The translations under genes and the position numbers were made by a program. This document shows, one piece after another, positions 43,201 to 56,000 of a stretch of 64,000 nucleotides of DNA. The notes under the pieces were generated by a model, which was given only the letters and a program-made list of their open reading frames with translations, was not told where the DNA came from and did not search any database. The stretch spans positions 1-64,000 of the forward strand of contig JAHDYR010000028.1 in NCBI GenBank assembly GCA_019828565.1, given 5' to 3'. Origin of the DNA: Carpediemonas membranifera BICM. Taxonomy: Eukaryota > Protista > Fornicata. Each line of letters begins with the position of its first letter. Positions within the stretch are counted from its first letter, which is position 1.

Positions 43201-43743
43201 TCACATCTGGCGCTCCTTGTACGTCTGGAGGTTCGTGATGATCTTGCCGGGCTTCGTGCCGATGATGAGCTGCGACATGGCCCTCCGAGCCACTGCGTTG
43301 TTCGCGGGTGTCCCGAGGATGTGGATCTTCTTGCCTGCGACGACAATACGGGTGCGGGTGCAGTCCATGATCTGGTTCTTGATGTCGCCGTTCACACCGC
43401 AGATACGGCCAATGGCGCGGGACTGGTTGGCGCCCTTAAGCACAGCCTTGGCGTCGTTAACGTTGAACGACTCGACGATGATGTTATCCAGGCGGAGGAA
43501 AGCAACGCAATCGACAAGGCGGAATCCCCGCATGTAGGCATCGATGTAGTTGCGTGCCTTTTGCATAGCATTAGTCTCCTCTGTCTCCTTGTTTGTTCTG
43601 AAATGAATCTTGTGCTCCTTGGTGTTGTACATGCAATCCAAAGAGAGCCGATTCACAAGAGACGAGCATATTTCATCCCAATCGCGCTTAAGAGCAGTTC
43701 TCCTGGAAAGAGGGACGATCACAGAGTCCTCAGAGACCACCAT
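43201..43743 (-). CDS. PNO1: Pre-rRNA processing KH-domain protein PNO1/Dim2
   Basis: GF...D..AFLRLD, ESFNVND, LKG...SRAIGRICG..G, TRTRIVVAGKKIHILG. Confidence 0.88.
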   Translation of the reverse strand: MVVSEDSVIVPLSRRTALKRDWDEICSSLVNRLSLDCMYNTKEHKIHFRTNKETEETNAMQKARNYIDAYMRGFRLVDCVAFLRLDNIIVESFNVNDAKAVLKGANQSRAIGRICGVNGDIKNQIMDCTRTRIVVAGKKIHILGTPANNAVARRAMSQLIIGTKPGKIITNLQTYKERQM

Positions 43744-43996
43744 ACTGCCGCGACTCTAAAACGACTTCAGTGACTGGATCAAAATAATGAAGAAGCGGCA
43801 CGGAAGAGATGGGAGCCCTCGGGGACAGCAATGTCCCACTGTATGCAAGAAACGTCATTTGTCCCTTGACTGTGTCAGCCCAATCATTGGACTTGCGGCG
43901 ATGCGGCGGGCCAGGCAAAGCCTCCAAGCAGACAGTTAGCAAAGGAGAAACCGTGGTATATTTACATGCAGAGAGTGTACAGTGGCGTGGCGGCAT

Positions 43997-44179
43997 CTAA
44001 CACGCGGGCCAGCCGGCAGCACCGGCTACGGGCTTGAGGTGGGCGGGGCAGACGTCCGTGATAGTTTGGCCGCGGATGACGACAACGCCGAGCTTTCGGT
44101 GCCTGGTAGAGACCTCACCATCAGCACTCGTAATGTCAATGAGCTCATCTGCGTCCTGGAGGAAGACATCGCACGAGGG
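43997..44179 (-). pseudogene. C-terminal part of an Sm/LSm-like protein (LSm7-like); 5' part absent
   Basis: Manual translation PSCDVFLQDADE...RHRKLGVVVIRGQTITDVCP matches the end of Sm1 and the Sm2 motif; abuts the 3' end of G6. Confidence 0.6.
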
Positions 44180-44293
44180 TTACCCACCTAAAGGCGAAGC
44201 TCCTGATGAGCCTCCAAATACTCATCCAGGGCCTTGAGGTCCTTCACATCGTGGTACGCGAGCCACTGATCGTCGTCGGGGCCATAGCCATCC

Positions 44294-44360
44294 GAAAGAA
44301 AGAAAGAAAGAAATTTAAGATTGCTTGGTATCTGACCCCGGACCCGAATTTGCCTTCCCA
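44294..44360 (-). mobile_element. 67-bp, extremely 5'-truncated LINE 3' end with (TTTC)5 tail and 14-bp TSD
   Basis: GGCCATAGCCATCC at 44280-44293 and 44361-44374; shares GTCCGGGGTCAGA..CCAA and TAAATTTC with the LINE-B 3' end. Confidence 0.9.
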
Positions 44361-47300
44361 GGCCATAGCCATCCCAACGGACCTTAAACTGCCAACGAGA
44401 CTTCGTCTTTCCCTTGCGGTGTGCAACGATCTTTTCAACTGGATATTCGTCAGAATCCAGGGCAACCAACGTAACATCGTCTACAGGTACTTCGGGAGAG
44501 GTATAAGGCAGCAAGCGGGAAATATGAAACTTCAACGGCTTCTCATCGGCAGGATTCTTCAACGTGTAGATATCCTGGTCATGTGAGATAACTTCGAACG
44601 GTCCAAGGTACTTAGAAGCAAGTTTGTTCGGTTTGCGGCCATCGGGGCGCGAGACCAGCACTTTGGTCCCAACAACCAACACATCCCGATGGGTACTCTG
44701 TCGCTTCTCCAGGGTGGAACGCTGCGAGTTCTGCGCCTCATGGACCAGCCGAGACTGTGCCTCAAGGAGGTTATCAACTAGTTCGGCATACCCCTTCCCT
44801 CCTTCGGTCTCGGCGATGACTTCGAAATCCAGTGAGGCCAGGGGGTATATCAGCCGGCCAGGCTCGACGCCGGTGGTAGCATTCTTCGTGGAGTTGATAA
44901 TGCGTTGGACCAGCGGTAAATAGTCACTCCATCGGTCAGTCAAGCGTTTCTCGGCACAGAGCACGGAAAGGTGTCTGCCGACTTCAGCGTTGACCCGTTC
45001 GACAAGCCCGTTGGCTTGGTGGTGGTATGGGAGTGAGGTGACGCGGGTTACACTCATGGCGTCAAAGTAATCCTGAATGGCATGAGCCAGGAACTGAGAT
45101 CCCTGATCTGACCGGATCGACTTTGGGACGCCGTGGCGGGAAAAGATGGAAATGAGGGCTCGAAAAGCCTCATGAGCGGATGCAGACGTCATTGCGTACA
45201 ACTCGGTGTATCTGGAGAACGAGTCTACGGCAGAGGACGTACTTGCAACCGTTTACATCAGGAGGGAAAGGACCAACGGTATCGATGGCCCACGTCCTGC
45301 CTGGCATCTCTTCCATCGTGGGGCGCATCTCCCCAGTGTAGGGCTCCTTTCTAGCGCGGTACTTCTGGCATATCGGGCACGACGCGATGAACGAGGCAAC
45401 ATCGGCGTCCATGCCAGGCCAGCTGAAGCCCTTAGCTCTCAAGCGTGCCAGAGTCTCGGCAACACCCATGTGTCCTTCCGTGGCGTTGTGGAAGGCACGG
45501 ACTGCTGTAGCACGGTGATAGGATCGACGTGGGCTCGGAAGCAACGCGACAGAGCGTCCGCAACCGAGTTGTCCGCTCCGGGGATATGCTCGATTATGAA
45601 ATCGTACTCCTGGAGGCGGAGTGACCAGCGGATCACCTTGGGTGTGAGAGACTTCGTCATATATACCAAGTTTCTGTGGTCAGTCTGCACAGAAAAGTGG
45701 TGACCGAGGAGGTACGACGAGAACTTGAGAACGCAGAAAAGGATGCCGTACGCTTCCTTCTCGATCGTAGCCCAGCGACGCTCGGCATCGGTGAACGCGT
45801 GGGAGGCAAACTCGACGATTCTTTCGCGGCCATCGACTACGTTGAGGAGGACTCCTCCACAGCCGACCTCTGAGGCGTCAGTGCGGACAATGATGGGGGA
45901 GTCATAGTCGATGAAGGCGAGCTGGATAGAGTCGGCGACCAGGTCCTTGACCCGGGTGAAGGCTCCCTCAGCGAGGTCGTTCCATTTCCACGGGCGCTTG
46001 CCCGTGGTGAGGGCATACAAAGGCGCCATAACGCTGCTCAAATCCGGTATGAATCGGCGGAAGTAGTTGGCAGCGCCACAGAAGGCGCGGGTGGTGGCGA
46101 GGTCCTTGGGCCTGGCCATACGCTGGATAGCAGCAATCCGCTGTGGGGACATCCTGACGCCGTTGGGGCTAATCAGATGGCCCAGGTAATCGACTTCAAC
46201 GGCGTAAAGCCGGCACTTAGTCGGGTGCAACACAAAGCGATGCTGACGCAGGCGGGTGAGTACAAGGCGGAGGTTGGCGGCTAGGTCCTCAGCGTCGCTT
46301 CCAATGACAACAACGTCGTCTATGAAGATGTGGCAGACCTTGCCGACCAGTCCTTGTAAAACTGCGGTCATCGTGCTTTGGAAAAAAGCGGGAGCTACTT
46401 TCACGCCAAAGGGGACACGGTTGAACTCGTAGAGTCCAGAAGGGGTGCTAAAAGCAGTGAGATGGCGTGATTCTTCCGAAACAGGTATCTGGTGGTAGCC
46501 GCTCACCAAGTCCAAGGTAGCGAAACACTTTGCGCCAGCTATCTGGGCAAATATGTCCTCTTGGACGGATAACGGGAACTTGTTAGCTTGTATACGGGTG
46601 TTGAGCTCACGGTAGTCGATCACCATCCGCCGTTCGCCTCCCTTCTTAGGGACCGTGAACGCGGGAGCCGCCCACTGGGAGTGGGAGGGCCGGATGATGT
46701 TAGCCGCCAAGAGTCTGTCAACCTCGCTCTGGATGTACTCCGCGAGGGCAGGAGACTGTCTTCTAGGCGGCAGTGCCACCGGCTGGGCACCCTCAAGGGG
46801 CTTGATCGACATAGGAGCGACATCGGCACCCCATGCGTTAGGGGTATCGGTGAATATAGCCTTGAACTCCTCCTGGACCTTGGCGATGGCCGGCGGGTAG
46901 GGCTCGTCCGCGGTGCTGTCATCAGGCTCAAGGTTACGATCGACGGGGCCCGGTAGGTCATCGACGGGCTCGTCTTCAGAGGGGTCCAGCTTAATCCCGA
47001 GAGTCCGGATGGTGTCATAGCAGAGGATAGCGTCCTCGCCCATGTCTGCCACGTACAAGGGTAGTACGGTGGCAACTCGGGATGCGGCGACATGCACGAA
47101 GAGGGCCTCCGTCACGGGGACCGGGCCATTGGCCGTTTCGAGCATGAAGCCTGTACGGGCGCGCGTGCAACCTAGTTCCTTGAGCCTCTGCGAAAGCTCA
47201 GGCGAGATCAGGTCCACGTTCGCGCCGGTGTCTAACAGACTCTTGACGTCCAAGGTGCGCTGATGGTCCATCGGGGGGCCCATGGTGACCGTCGAGTACG

Positions 47301-48108
47301 GTGCACCGGAAAGGGGCAGGGGGCGAAGGCCAGCTTGACCTTGGGGAGGGTTATCGGGTCGCGGCGGATGCCGGTGGGGAAAACCCAGGAAGACCCTTGT
47401 TAGGGCACTCCGAGCGTCTATGACCGGCGTGGCCACACCCGAAGCAGCGTGCGGGGGGCTTGGTAGAATCAGCAGGCCGGGCCGCAGGCTTAGGTATTTC
47501 CAGCTTGGCTGGAAGGACATTGCGCCTAGATGGCGCAGCGGGCGCAGGAGCGGAAATAGACGCCAAGTCAATGGTAGACAAGGTGTTAAGCATCTTTTCG
47601 AGCTCCTCAAGAGCGGTGTTCACGGCGGCTTCGAAATCCTCGGGCTCCTCAAGCTCCACGGCCGTGCGTAGATCCTTCGGCAGGTGAGAGACGAACGTCT
47701 TGCGAATGAGTTCCGCAGGCGGACGGGTTTCGTCATCAAGACCATCAAGGATCTTCTGGTATTCGGCGACATAGAGGAGAAGAGCGTCGGTGCTGGGCAG
47801 CTTCCCGGAGACGGGGAAAGGCAGGCGCTGAAGGGCCTTCAGGGCCTCCACGTTGCTCCGGGGTGAATAGAAGCTGCGGTAGATTGCTTCGAGAAGCTCG
47901 TCGTCAGTCTTGGTCGTGGCGTTCTCGATACGCATGGTAACCACGTGAAGCAGATGAGGGACGATTAGGTCCTTCACGTAGTGCTTGATCTCGTCATGAG
48001 TAGCGGTATACGCGGTGTATGCGTCCCTGAACGCGGTGAAGCCTTCGCGCGTCGGGGTATCCCAGTAGGGAACTCCCTTCCCCAGAATATGGACAAGCAA
48101 GTGATCAC

Positions 48109-48202
48109 TGTGGCAATGTTCCATGTTAAAGCAGTTGGTTGATGTTGTGTTTATTGGGTTCGCAGCTTGGGTTCGCAGACCATAACCTTAAACTGCACGA
48201 CA
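48109..48202 (-). repeat. G6 5' LTR (94 bp)
   Basis: TGTCGT...GCCACA on the minus strand; contains AATAAA; flanked by the G7 integrase. Confidence 0.7.
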
Positions 48203-49435
48203 CCGTCTCCAAGCTGACCGTATACAGCGACGGTCTTCGCCGCAAGGACGGCCTCGTCGTCATCCCTACTTCAACCGTGTGCAGACCCCTCCGAAAGGAG
48301 CTGATACAGATCGCCCACAGAGGACACCACGGCGCCAAGGCTACCATCGAACGCCTGAGAGCAGACGGCTATACCTGGACAGGCTGCACAGCAGATGTCC
48401 AGACCATCTACGCGACGCCATGGACGAGGCTAAACCAGACTCACCTGTCAGAGTGCCCAACTCTGAGCCTCGATCCATCATGCCTCTTCAAACACCCCGA
48501 GACATTCTCGGAGCGCCACGACCATAAGGTAACGAACTGGATCCGAGAGCACCTTGAGACGTAAGGGTTCCTTCCTTTTACACAGCATAATAAGCCACCA
48601 CCTCCCAGCCGTCCGCCCTCCCCTGATCCAAGGCGTTCGGTGCTGCCCCCGCGGCAACGGCAGGCTGCGCACACCCCCCTGTCTCATGAGTGGATCTCCC
48701 AACCGTCGGGCCTGGCTGCCCGCCACTAGGCGGGTCTTTTCTTTTTCCCCGAGCCTGGGGTTTTTCCAGCCCTCCAACTGGCCGTCGGTACCCTACCACT
48801 CGCACCGCGCCTACGGGCGGGTGCAGACTGTCCCAGCGCTCCTGAAGGGGCGAGTGACCTCGGCTGCCAGCCCCGGTCGCCCCCGCCGTCTTCCTGTCCC
48901 CGAAACCGAGTCCTCCCCCGGGGCTGATCACCCCATTGTCTTGACTCGGGCTGTGGCCAGTGTGGCACGTGGCCGCACTGTCTTAAATCTTATAAACAAA
49001 ACAAAACCGGACGAAGACCCCAAAGCTGCATGGCTTCGCCGGCCCGTTCAAGATTCTCGCCATCAAGGACAACAACACCCTTCAGCTGGTCGACCTCTTC
49101 GAGAGCGCCCCCTTCATGGCTCACGTAGACCAGGTCCTTCCTTTCAACACCAAGTCGGGGCTCAGCCGCCTGAAGAACCTCGCCGCCTCCGACGAGCAGA
49201 CGTACGTCGTGCAAGGCATCGAGAAGCACCGTCGCCGCAACGGCACACTGCAGCTCCTCGTCCGCGGGGAGGGCGACTACGATCCCACATGGGAACCCGC
49301 TGACGGGCTCCGCCACGTCACTGCGGCACGTGACTACCTCAAGTCCCACAAGCTCAAGCTTAAGGGGGGTAGGATGTCATAAGGCATCCGCGTCCGCAGT
49401 TTATGTAAATGTTCCAATCTCTTCGCCCCGGCACA
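48203..49435 (+). mobile_element. Gypsy fragment G7: deleted integrase, GPF motif, chromodomain, PPT and start of 3' LTR at 49375
   Basis: AHRGHHG, KLHGFAGPF, QLLVR.EG...TWEP, AAGGGGGGTAGGA-TGT. The LTR probably resumes at 59848-59961 (AATAAA, ends AACA). Confidence 0.75.
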
Positions 49436-51641
49436 GCCCCCCGTCCGGCCACAGCAAGCAGGAGAAGGATGGATTCAGGGACACTATACAGAAGATCATG
49501 GACATGAAAGCATGGAGGCCATAATTATGGGAGACTGGAACACCGACCCAGGCCAGATGGAAAGATCCACCAGGTGGAAGGATATATATATGATGGAGAA
49601 ACACAGGCTCAAAGCCATCATACCCAAGTCTGGGACGCTCACATCAGGAACATCAACCCCGGACTTTGCAGTGATAACACCAGGAATCCGGGGGGCGGAG
49701 ATTGAAGTGGTAGAGTCTCAGAAGGTCGGGGTATGGGGCTCAGCACACAATGAAATCACACTAGCATGGAAGGAACAACGGTACTATGGCAGAAGAGAGC
49801 GAGACGAGGCTCTGGCCATACCCGAGGTACACACCTGGCCCATGAAAAAGAAGGAGGGGCCAGTCACAGTCTCAAAGCTGAACAGGAACAAGAGCTCGGA
49901 CCAATGGGAAGAGACTATAAGAGCATGCATGGGCGACCCAGTGGGCAACAGGGGAGCAAAGGCAAGGGACAAAGTGTTCGGGAACGGAGTGTGGAGCGAA
50001 TCCCATGGACAGAGATAGGCAACAGGACCAGGAAGGAAAGGATGAAAGAGGAGCTGGAGAAATACTGGGGAGAGCGCAGGGCCAAATGGGTGGCTGACCT
50101 CAGCAGAAGTACAAAGAGGGGTACAGGGCCTCAAGGGCCTCAGTGGAAGCTGCCATCAGAAGGTGGTGGTGTGACAACCAATATAAGGGGATGCCGGAGA
50201 GCCTCCTCAAGGACGGAGTGATAACCACGGACAAGGCGGCCATCAGCGAGATCCTCTTGCAACAGTATGCTAGAGTCAGCAGAGGCAGGGAACCCACCTG
50301 GAAGACATGGAGGGGCAGGGACGGAAATGAGTTCAAGGAAAGCGAGGTCAAAGCCGCAATCAAAAGGATCAAGAGGGACACCGCACCAGGGCCTGACCTC
50401 ACATCTGGAGACATGCTGAGAGAGCTGGATGAGAAAGGCCTTAGGGAAGTGACGAGGCTCATTAATAGGGTCTACAGGGAGGGTGACGTACCCAAAGCAT
50501 GGAAGTATGCCACAGTGTCGGCCATACACAAGACAGGGAAGCCAAGGGTCAAGCCGGAATCATATAGACCAATATCCTTGACACCACTGCAGTACAGGGT
50601 CTATGGTAGACTGCTCAAGATACGTCTGGAAGCAGCAACGAAAAGGTTCATACCAAGAGAACAGGCTGGTTTCCAGTCAGACAGGGACGTCATCCAGCAG
50701 ATACAGTACATTGTGCAGCGGCACCAGGAGAAAGAAAGAAAGAAATTTATGGTGCTTGGATTCTGACCCCGGACTGAGCTTGTTTCCCGTTGTCTTGGAG
50801 CTGAGTGCCCCGGGGTACTGCCTATTTCCCGTGGCAAACTGGTCAGCAGCGTTTGCCTTGGGCTTTCGGTGCTACTGTCTCCGCGGAAAGCCGATTCCAA
50901 TCGCCCCAGAGGCCCTGCGGCCATCTCCGTGCAAATATGCTTTCCTGTCTCCCTGAAAGTCCGGCAACTATCCGGGGAGCCTGGGGGTCTGTCCTCGGGG
51001 CATTGACAGGCAGGATCGTCCTGCAGGACCTTGAATATGACACTCCTTGCTTCCCTGCAGTCCTTGTAGAGCCGTTCAGCCACGGCACCCTCTCGTCTGT
51101 CCGGTTCCCCAATTCCATGCCCCCTCGACTCTGTTAAGAAGCCTACCCGAAGGCGGGGAAAGTGACTAAGTCCATGCTGTCTACCCCGGTTAGGTGGCGT
51201 GGGTCAGGGCATGGGTGGTGTACCCCCAGGCACTAGGCCTGGTTGTCCTGTTACCCCTTACAACATTTCGCTTGCACTACATGTCCTTGGTTTCCCATGT
51301 CGTTAACAAGGGCGGCAGGGGCACCTGTGCCCCTCCGACCCCCGTGGCCAGTCCCTGCAGTTTCCTTGGGGTCCCAACGAGTGGTGCAACCATATGAATA
51401 TGGATTTCCTTGACCTTATCCTTGCTCTGTCCTTGTTGCATGTCCTTTCTTCCATAATTCTGGTCTGTCCTTCCTGTTAATTCCTTGCAGTCGTTCCTTC
51501 CCTTGCTTTGGTTCCTGGCTACCGGGATACGTGGGGCCTTTCCTCACTGATCCCAGGAGCTTAGCACCAGCGAGGGTGGTCCATGGCTGATTCCTTGTCC
51601 ATCCCTTCCCGGTCCTGGAGTCAGGGGTTCATGACATGCTT

Positions 51642-52760
51642 CTATTCCACCTTGAAGCTGTTGTAAACCTTTGCCAGTTCCCGTAGTCCTGCCGTGAGGC
51701 CTTCCCAAATGTCTATTTCTGTCCATGGGGTTCGCTGGAGTTCGCTCCACACTCCGTTCCCGAACACTTTGTCCCTTGCCTTTGCTCCCCTGTTGTTCAC
51801 TGGGTCGCCCATGCATGCTCTTATAGTCTCTTCCCATTGGTCCGAGCTCTTGATCCTGTTCAGCTTTGAGACTGTGACTGGCCCCTCCTTCTTTTTCATG
51901 GGCCAGGTGTGTACCTCGGGTATGGCCAGAGCCTCGTCTCGCTCACTTCTGCCATAGTACCGTTGTTCCTTCCATGCTAGTGTGATTCCATTGTGTGCTG
52001 AGCCCCATACCCCGACCTTCTGAGACTCTACCACCTCAATCTCCGCCCCCTGGATTCCTGGTGTTGTCACTGCAAAGTCCGGGGTTGATGTTCCTGATGT
52101 GAGCGTCCCAGACTTGGGTATGATGGCTTTGAGCCTGTGCTTCTCCATCATATCCTTCCACCGGGTGGATCTTTCCATCTGGCCTGGGTCGATGTTCCAG
52201 TCTCCCATAATTATGGCCTCCATGCTCCCTTTCATGTCCATGATCTTCTGTATAGTGTCCCTGAATCCATCCTTCTCCTGCTTGCTGTGGCCGGATGGAG
52301 GGCCATACACGTTGATGACTAGTATGTCCCTGCCGGTTCTCATTATGCTGGCTTGCACTCTTCCCGATAGGCTGTCCGTTATGCCGATGTCCCACTTTGC
52401 AGTTGCGTGTGGGCTCACTCTCGTGCCGATGCCTTCCCTTGTTCCCTTCCATCTTGGCGCAGGTTCGTCATTGCCTGCTATGCCTAGTTGTCGGTTGATG
52501 CGGTGCTGACTTTTGACATCCGCCTTTCGTTTTTCGTTGGCTAAGACCAGGTCCTCTTCCGTCTCCCTCCCTGCTAGTGCGTAGTCAAGGTCCATGAAGC
52601 AATGAACCCTCGTATTCGCCGTTCTCCATGTCTCTTGTATGAGTACTGCCTCTATGTCCTTCAACCTTAGCTGAATCGCCGTTGCCATAGACGCCGTGAA
52701 GTCCTTTCCTCTTCCTATGTGTCCCTCTGTGTTCAGACTAAGTATCTTGTAGGTTACCAT
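51642..52760 (-). CDS. LINE-B inner ORF2: intact APE endonuclease fused in frame to the last 23 aa or so of ORF2
   Basis: SLNTEGH, IQET, NVYGP, GDWN, PDF, WGSAH; junction at about 51713 (PWTEI|DIWEGLTAG...FKVE). Confidence 0.85.
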   Translation of the reverse strand: MVTYKILSLNTEGHIGRGKDFTASMATAIQLRLKDIEAVLIQETWRTANTRVHCFMDLDYALAGRETEEDLVLANEKRKADVKSQHRINRQLGIAGNDEPAPRWKGTREGIGTRVSPHATAKWDIGITDSLSGRVQASIMRTGRDILVINVYGPPSGHSKQEKDGFRDTIQKIMDMKGSMEAIIMGDWNIDPGQMERSTRWKDMMEKHRLKAIIPKSGTLTSGTSTPDFAVTTPGIQGAEIEVVESQKVGVWGSAHNGITLAWKEQRYYGRSERDEALAIPEVHTWPMKKKEGPVTVSKLNRIKSSDQWEETIRACMGDPVNNRGAKARDKVFGNGVWSELQRTPWTEIDIWEGLTAGLRELAKVYNSFKVE

Positions 52761-52849
52761 TGCCTTTGTCCTGTTTCCTTATCCTGCGAATTCCCAGAAT
52801 TTGGGAGCCCCAGCTTCCCGCTCCTCTCCTGCTATCCTTGTCCTAACAA

Positions 52850-53050
52850 GGGGCCTAGATGCCGGTCTCGGTGACCCTTGTCAGGCCAACCTTGTTACCA
52901 CCTGGTGACCTTCCATTCTTCGGGCAGGGTACTTAGGAGGGGGACGATATGACGTGACCCCCCTTTGGCTGCCGCTACAGCCTACCGGCAGTGCATTTCA
53001 GCTAATGCCGGGCCCTGGGTGGGAGCCAGGGCTTGTGAATTATAAAGAAA
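52850..53050 (-). ncRNA. LINE-B version of the inter-ORF structured RNA
   Basis: Pyrimidine tract, GCCCTGG/CCAGGGC hairpin, CCGGTAGGCTG...CAGCC, AGGGG/CCCCT, CCTAAG, GAGACCGGCA. Confidence 0.5.
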
Positions 53051-53080
53051 ATGTTGCTTGTTCCTTGAAAGAATACTGCT

Positions 53081-56000
53081 TTACCATGTCCTTACTCCTC
53101 CTCCGTGGACTCCCCCACTGCCGCTGCAGCTGTCCTCGGCCTGACTCACTTGCTGTCCTTGTAGACTCTGCATTACCGTGATGAACTGGGTCATCAGGTC
53201 CATGGGTGAGATCTGCTTGGCCTTCTTAGCCTTCTTGTGCTTGTGCCGGGGGATCGTGGGCTTCTCCTTGCTGGGCTTAGTCGCGACGCCGGAGAGCACC
53301 AACCTTCCGTGGCCTTGCTCTTGCATGAGTCGGGCAGCCTTGAGCGCTGAGATCTCTTGTTGCGCCTCTGCCAACTGCTTTCGGAGCCGCAGCTTCTCCG
53401 AGTCCATGCCGGTTGCCTGTCTGCTTCCAGACTCCCAGTCCATGTCCTCTTCGTGCCTGCTTCTCTTTCCGCTGTCCGAGTCCATGATCCTACTCGTGCT
53501 GCCCTCCTTGCGCTTGAGCGTCGTGGAGGAAGAGTGATCCTTGCTGTTGTCCATGCCTCCCTCTGAGCCTCTACCGGCCCAGGTGTTCCCGCTGAACGAG
53601 CCTCTCATCTGCGTTCCCGTGTTGTCCTGTCTCTCCCTGTCGTCTCCTCCGTGGTTACGATCCGAGGTCCTGTTCATGTTACCAGCTCTGTCGCCGGTTC
53701 TGTCGTCAGCTCTGACACCAGCTCTACCGCCGGCTCCGTGTCCTACCCTTCTGTCCTCTTCCCTGTCTCCATGCTGGTCGTGATGTCCTTGATCCGCGTC
53801 CTGGCCGAAGTGCCTGCCCACCATCCTGGTGCTAATCCGCCTCGCCTTTTCCTCCAGGCCGTTGTCGAAGAACCTACTTTGGTATGGCTGTTCGGACTTT
53901 CCGTCGATGGTGGGGACATACGTGATGCCTGGGACATTGACTGTGTTGGCTCTGGGCTCGTCCGGGATAGCTGCCGAGACTAGTCTGGCCCCTTCCTTGC
54001 GCATGCGGCTTAGGATGGTCCCAGCCTCGCTGACCCTGACCATGCCCCAGTCTCTCGGGATGAAGCTCGCCCCTAGGGTGATCCTACCCCTGTTCCTGGG
54101 GGCCTTGACGTTGACTATGACCTTCTCATAGTCCCTGAGGCTCTCTGCTAGGTCGTCGCAGCCCCAGACTCATTGATGAGCCGTAGCCTCCTTCGAGGGC
54201 CACCACTCGTATAGCATGGCCATGGTTATGATGTCCTCCTCCCTTGCTGCCCCTAGGCCCTTCCTGACGCGTACCATGCGGAGCTGGTTAGCCGTGGCTC
54301 TTTCCATGATGGTCCATAGCGGGCTTCTCTCCAGTACACCTTCGTTGTCCATGATTGTGAGGGGGGCCAGTAAGATGCCCTTCATGCCCAACAGAACCTC
54401 CCCGAACCCGAAGCCGATGCCGAAGCGGTGTCCGTTGTCCGGGACTACGAGGATCCTGTCGCCGACTTCCCTGCTGACGTCCCTTGCGTCCCCGATCGGG
54501 TACGTGCCGAAGATCTCAAAGGTGTCCCTCCTTGTCGCGAATTCCGGGCCTCCCATGATATCCATGCCCGGCTCCGCCTTCCCGACTGCTTCCATGGTCT
54601 TGTCGAGTGCCTTACCCATGTAGTGGTAGACGTCTGGGGTGCTCATCCTCTCCTTGCATAGGGCCCTGATCCTGGCTGTGAAGACTACTGTATCCGCCAA
54701 CCCACAGTGGTAGCAACCCGCGGTGTGTCTGTGGTACGGACAGACTCCCTTGGGCTCGCTCCTGTTCTGCCATCCATTTGACCATGTTGTTACTGCTTCC
54801 AGGTAGTTGGCCTTGTCGAGGTTGTCCCTGAGGTTTTGGCCAGCCTCCTCCTTGCCGTTGTTCTCCAGGATCTCTGGTAGCTTCTTCTCGTCCACCAGCC
54901 TAGCTTGGAAGAATTCCCTGGTTCCTTGCTCCAGTCCATTTGTGGGGTTCGTGAGGAGGAAGCTTTCCATCTCCACCCCCTTTGCATACATGATTATCTT
55001 CCAACCCTCCGACCTTTCGATCCTTGCCAGCTGAGCCGCCAGGCGGTTGGCCCAGTCCCTGAAAGTATGTATGTGCTTCTCATACTCGATCGGCGGCCGC
55101 CCCGTCCCGACCTCCACGAAGGTGGCCGGCGGCAGCCCCGTCACTGCCCATGCCGTGTACCTCGCTTGGTCCATGCTTGCTGCCGGTATGTCCTGGTAAT
55201 ACAGGCCATGCCCGTGTCCAAGAATGTCCCCAGTGCTGAGGTCAAAGAGTACGATCCCGCCCTCAACCGGGATGGCAGGGATCCCTGCCTTCTTGACGCC
55301 AGGGTCTGCGCACTCGAAGTCGATGGCTCCGATCACCAGTCGTTTCTCCTTGTCCTTTCTAGGCATCCTCGGCGGCTGGCTGCTGACCTTGTTTGAGTCG
55401 ACCTCCTCGTCCTGGTCGATCTTGCCTTGGTTGGCCCCGACCATGTCCTTGTTCACTTCCAGGAGGCTGTCGTCGAGGCTTCTTCTGCCGGGCATGGTGG
55501 CCTGCTGGCGTCGTTCCTCCTTGTCCTTGACATGTTGCTCCTCGTCTCCGTCGATGACCGTGCTAGCGGACGACCTGTCCAGATCGGCATGTTCGTCCCT
55601 ATTGCTGCGGACCGAGGTGGCCTTGAGCACTTCCAGCCTCACCTTCCGGAACGGCGGCTCGTTGCTAAGGGGGTCTCCTCCCCCTTCGCCCAGGATATTG
55701 GTTCTGCCCTTCAGGTAGATCCCTGACTTGTTCCATGCTGCCTGCCATATGGCCGGGGCCTCCGGTGCCTGAAGCCTGAGGATGTCCCTAGCCTCCTCCA
55801 TGAAGCGGCTGATGGACCATGCTGACGTGTCGCTTAGCTCTAGGATGACCCTGTACTTGCCGTCCTCTTGCTCGTAGGCCACTCTGGTGACCGGGCCTTG
55901 GTTTGCCGGATCCCATACCTTGTCGTAAGGCACGCCTTCTACGGCCTCGTCTCCATGAGCCCCTGATACCAGTATGAACGACCCTTCGGCCTTCTTGACG

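Larger units (their letters stand above)
44180..48202 (-). mobile_element. Chromovirus-type gypsy element G6; 5' LTR present, 3' LTR missing; frameshifted gag-pol
   Basis: CFGCGHAGHRRSEC, LDTGA, FIDD, TDAS, integrase SDQG/VER, GPF, chromodomain VRWDGYG..QW. Confidence 0.9.

Noticed and set aside
54170-54172. In-frame TGA in LINE-B ORF1 as programmed readthrough or selenocysteine
   Set aside because: Seen in one copy only, no canonical readthrough context, and the 3' UTR hairpin does not fit a SECIS; a nonsense mutation is simpler.
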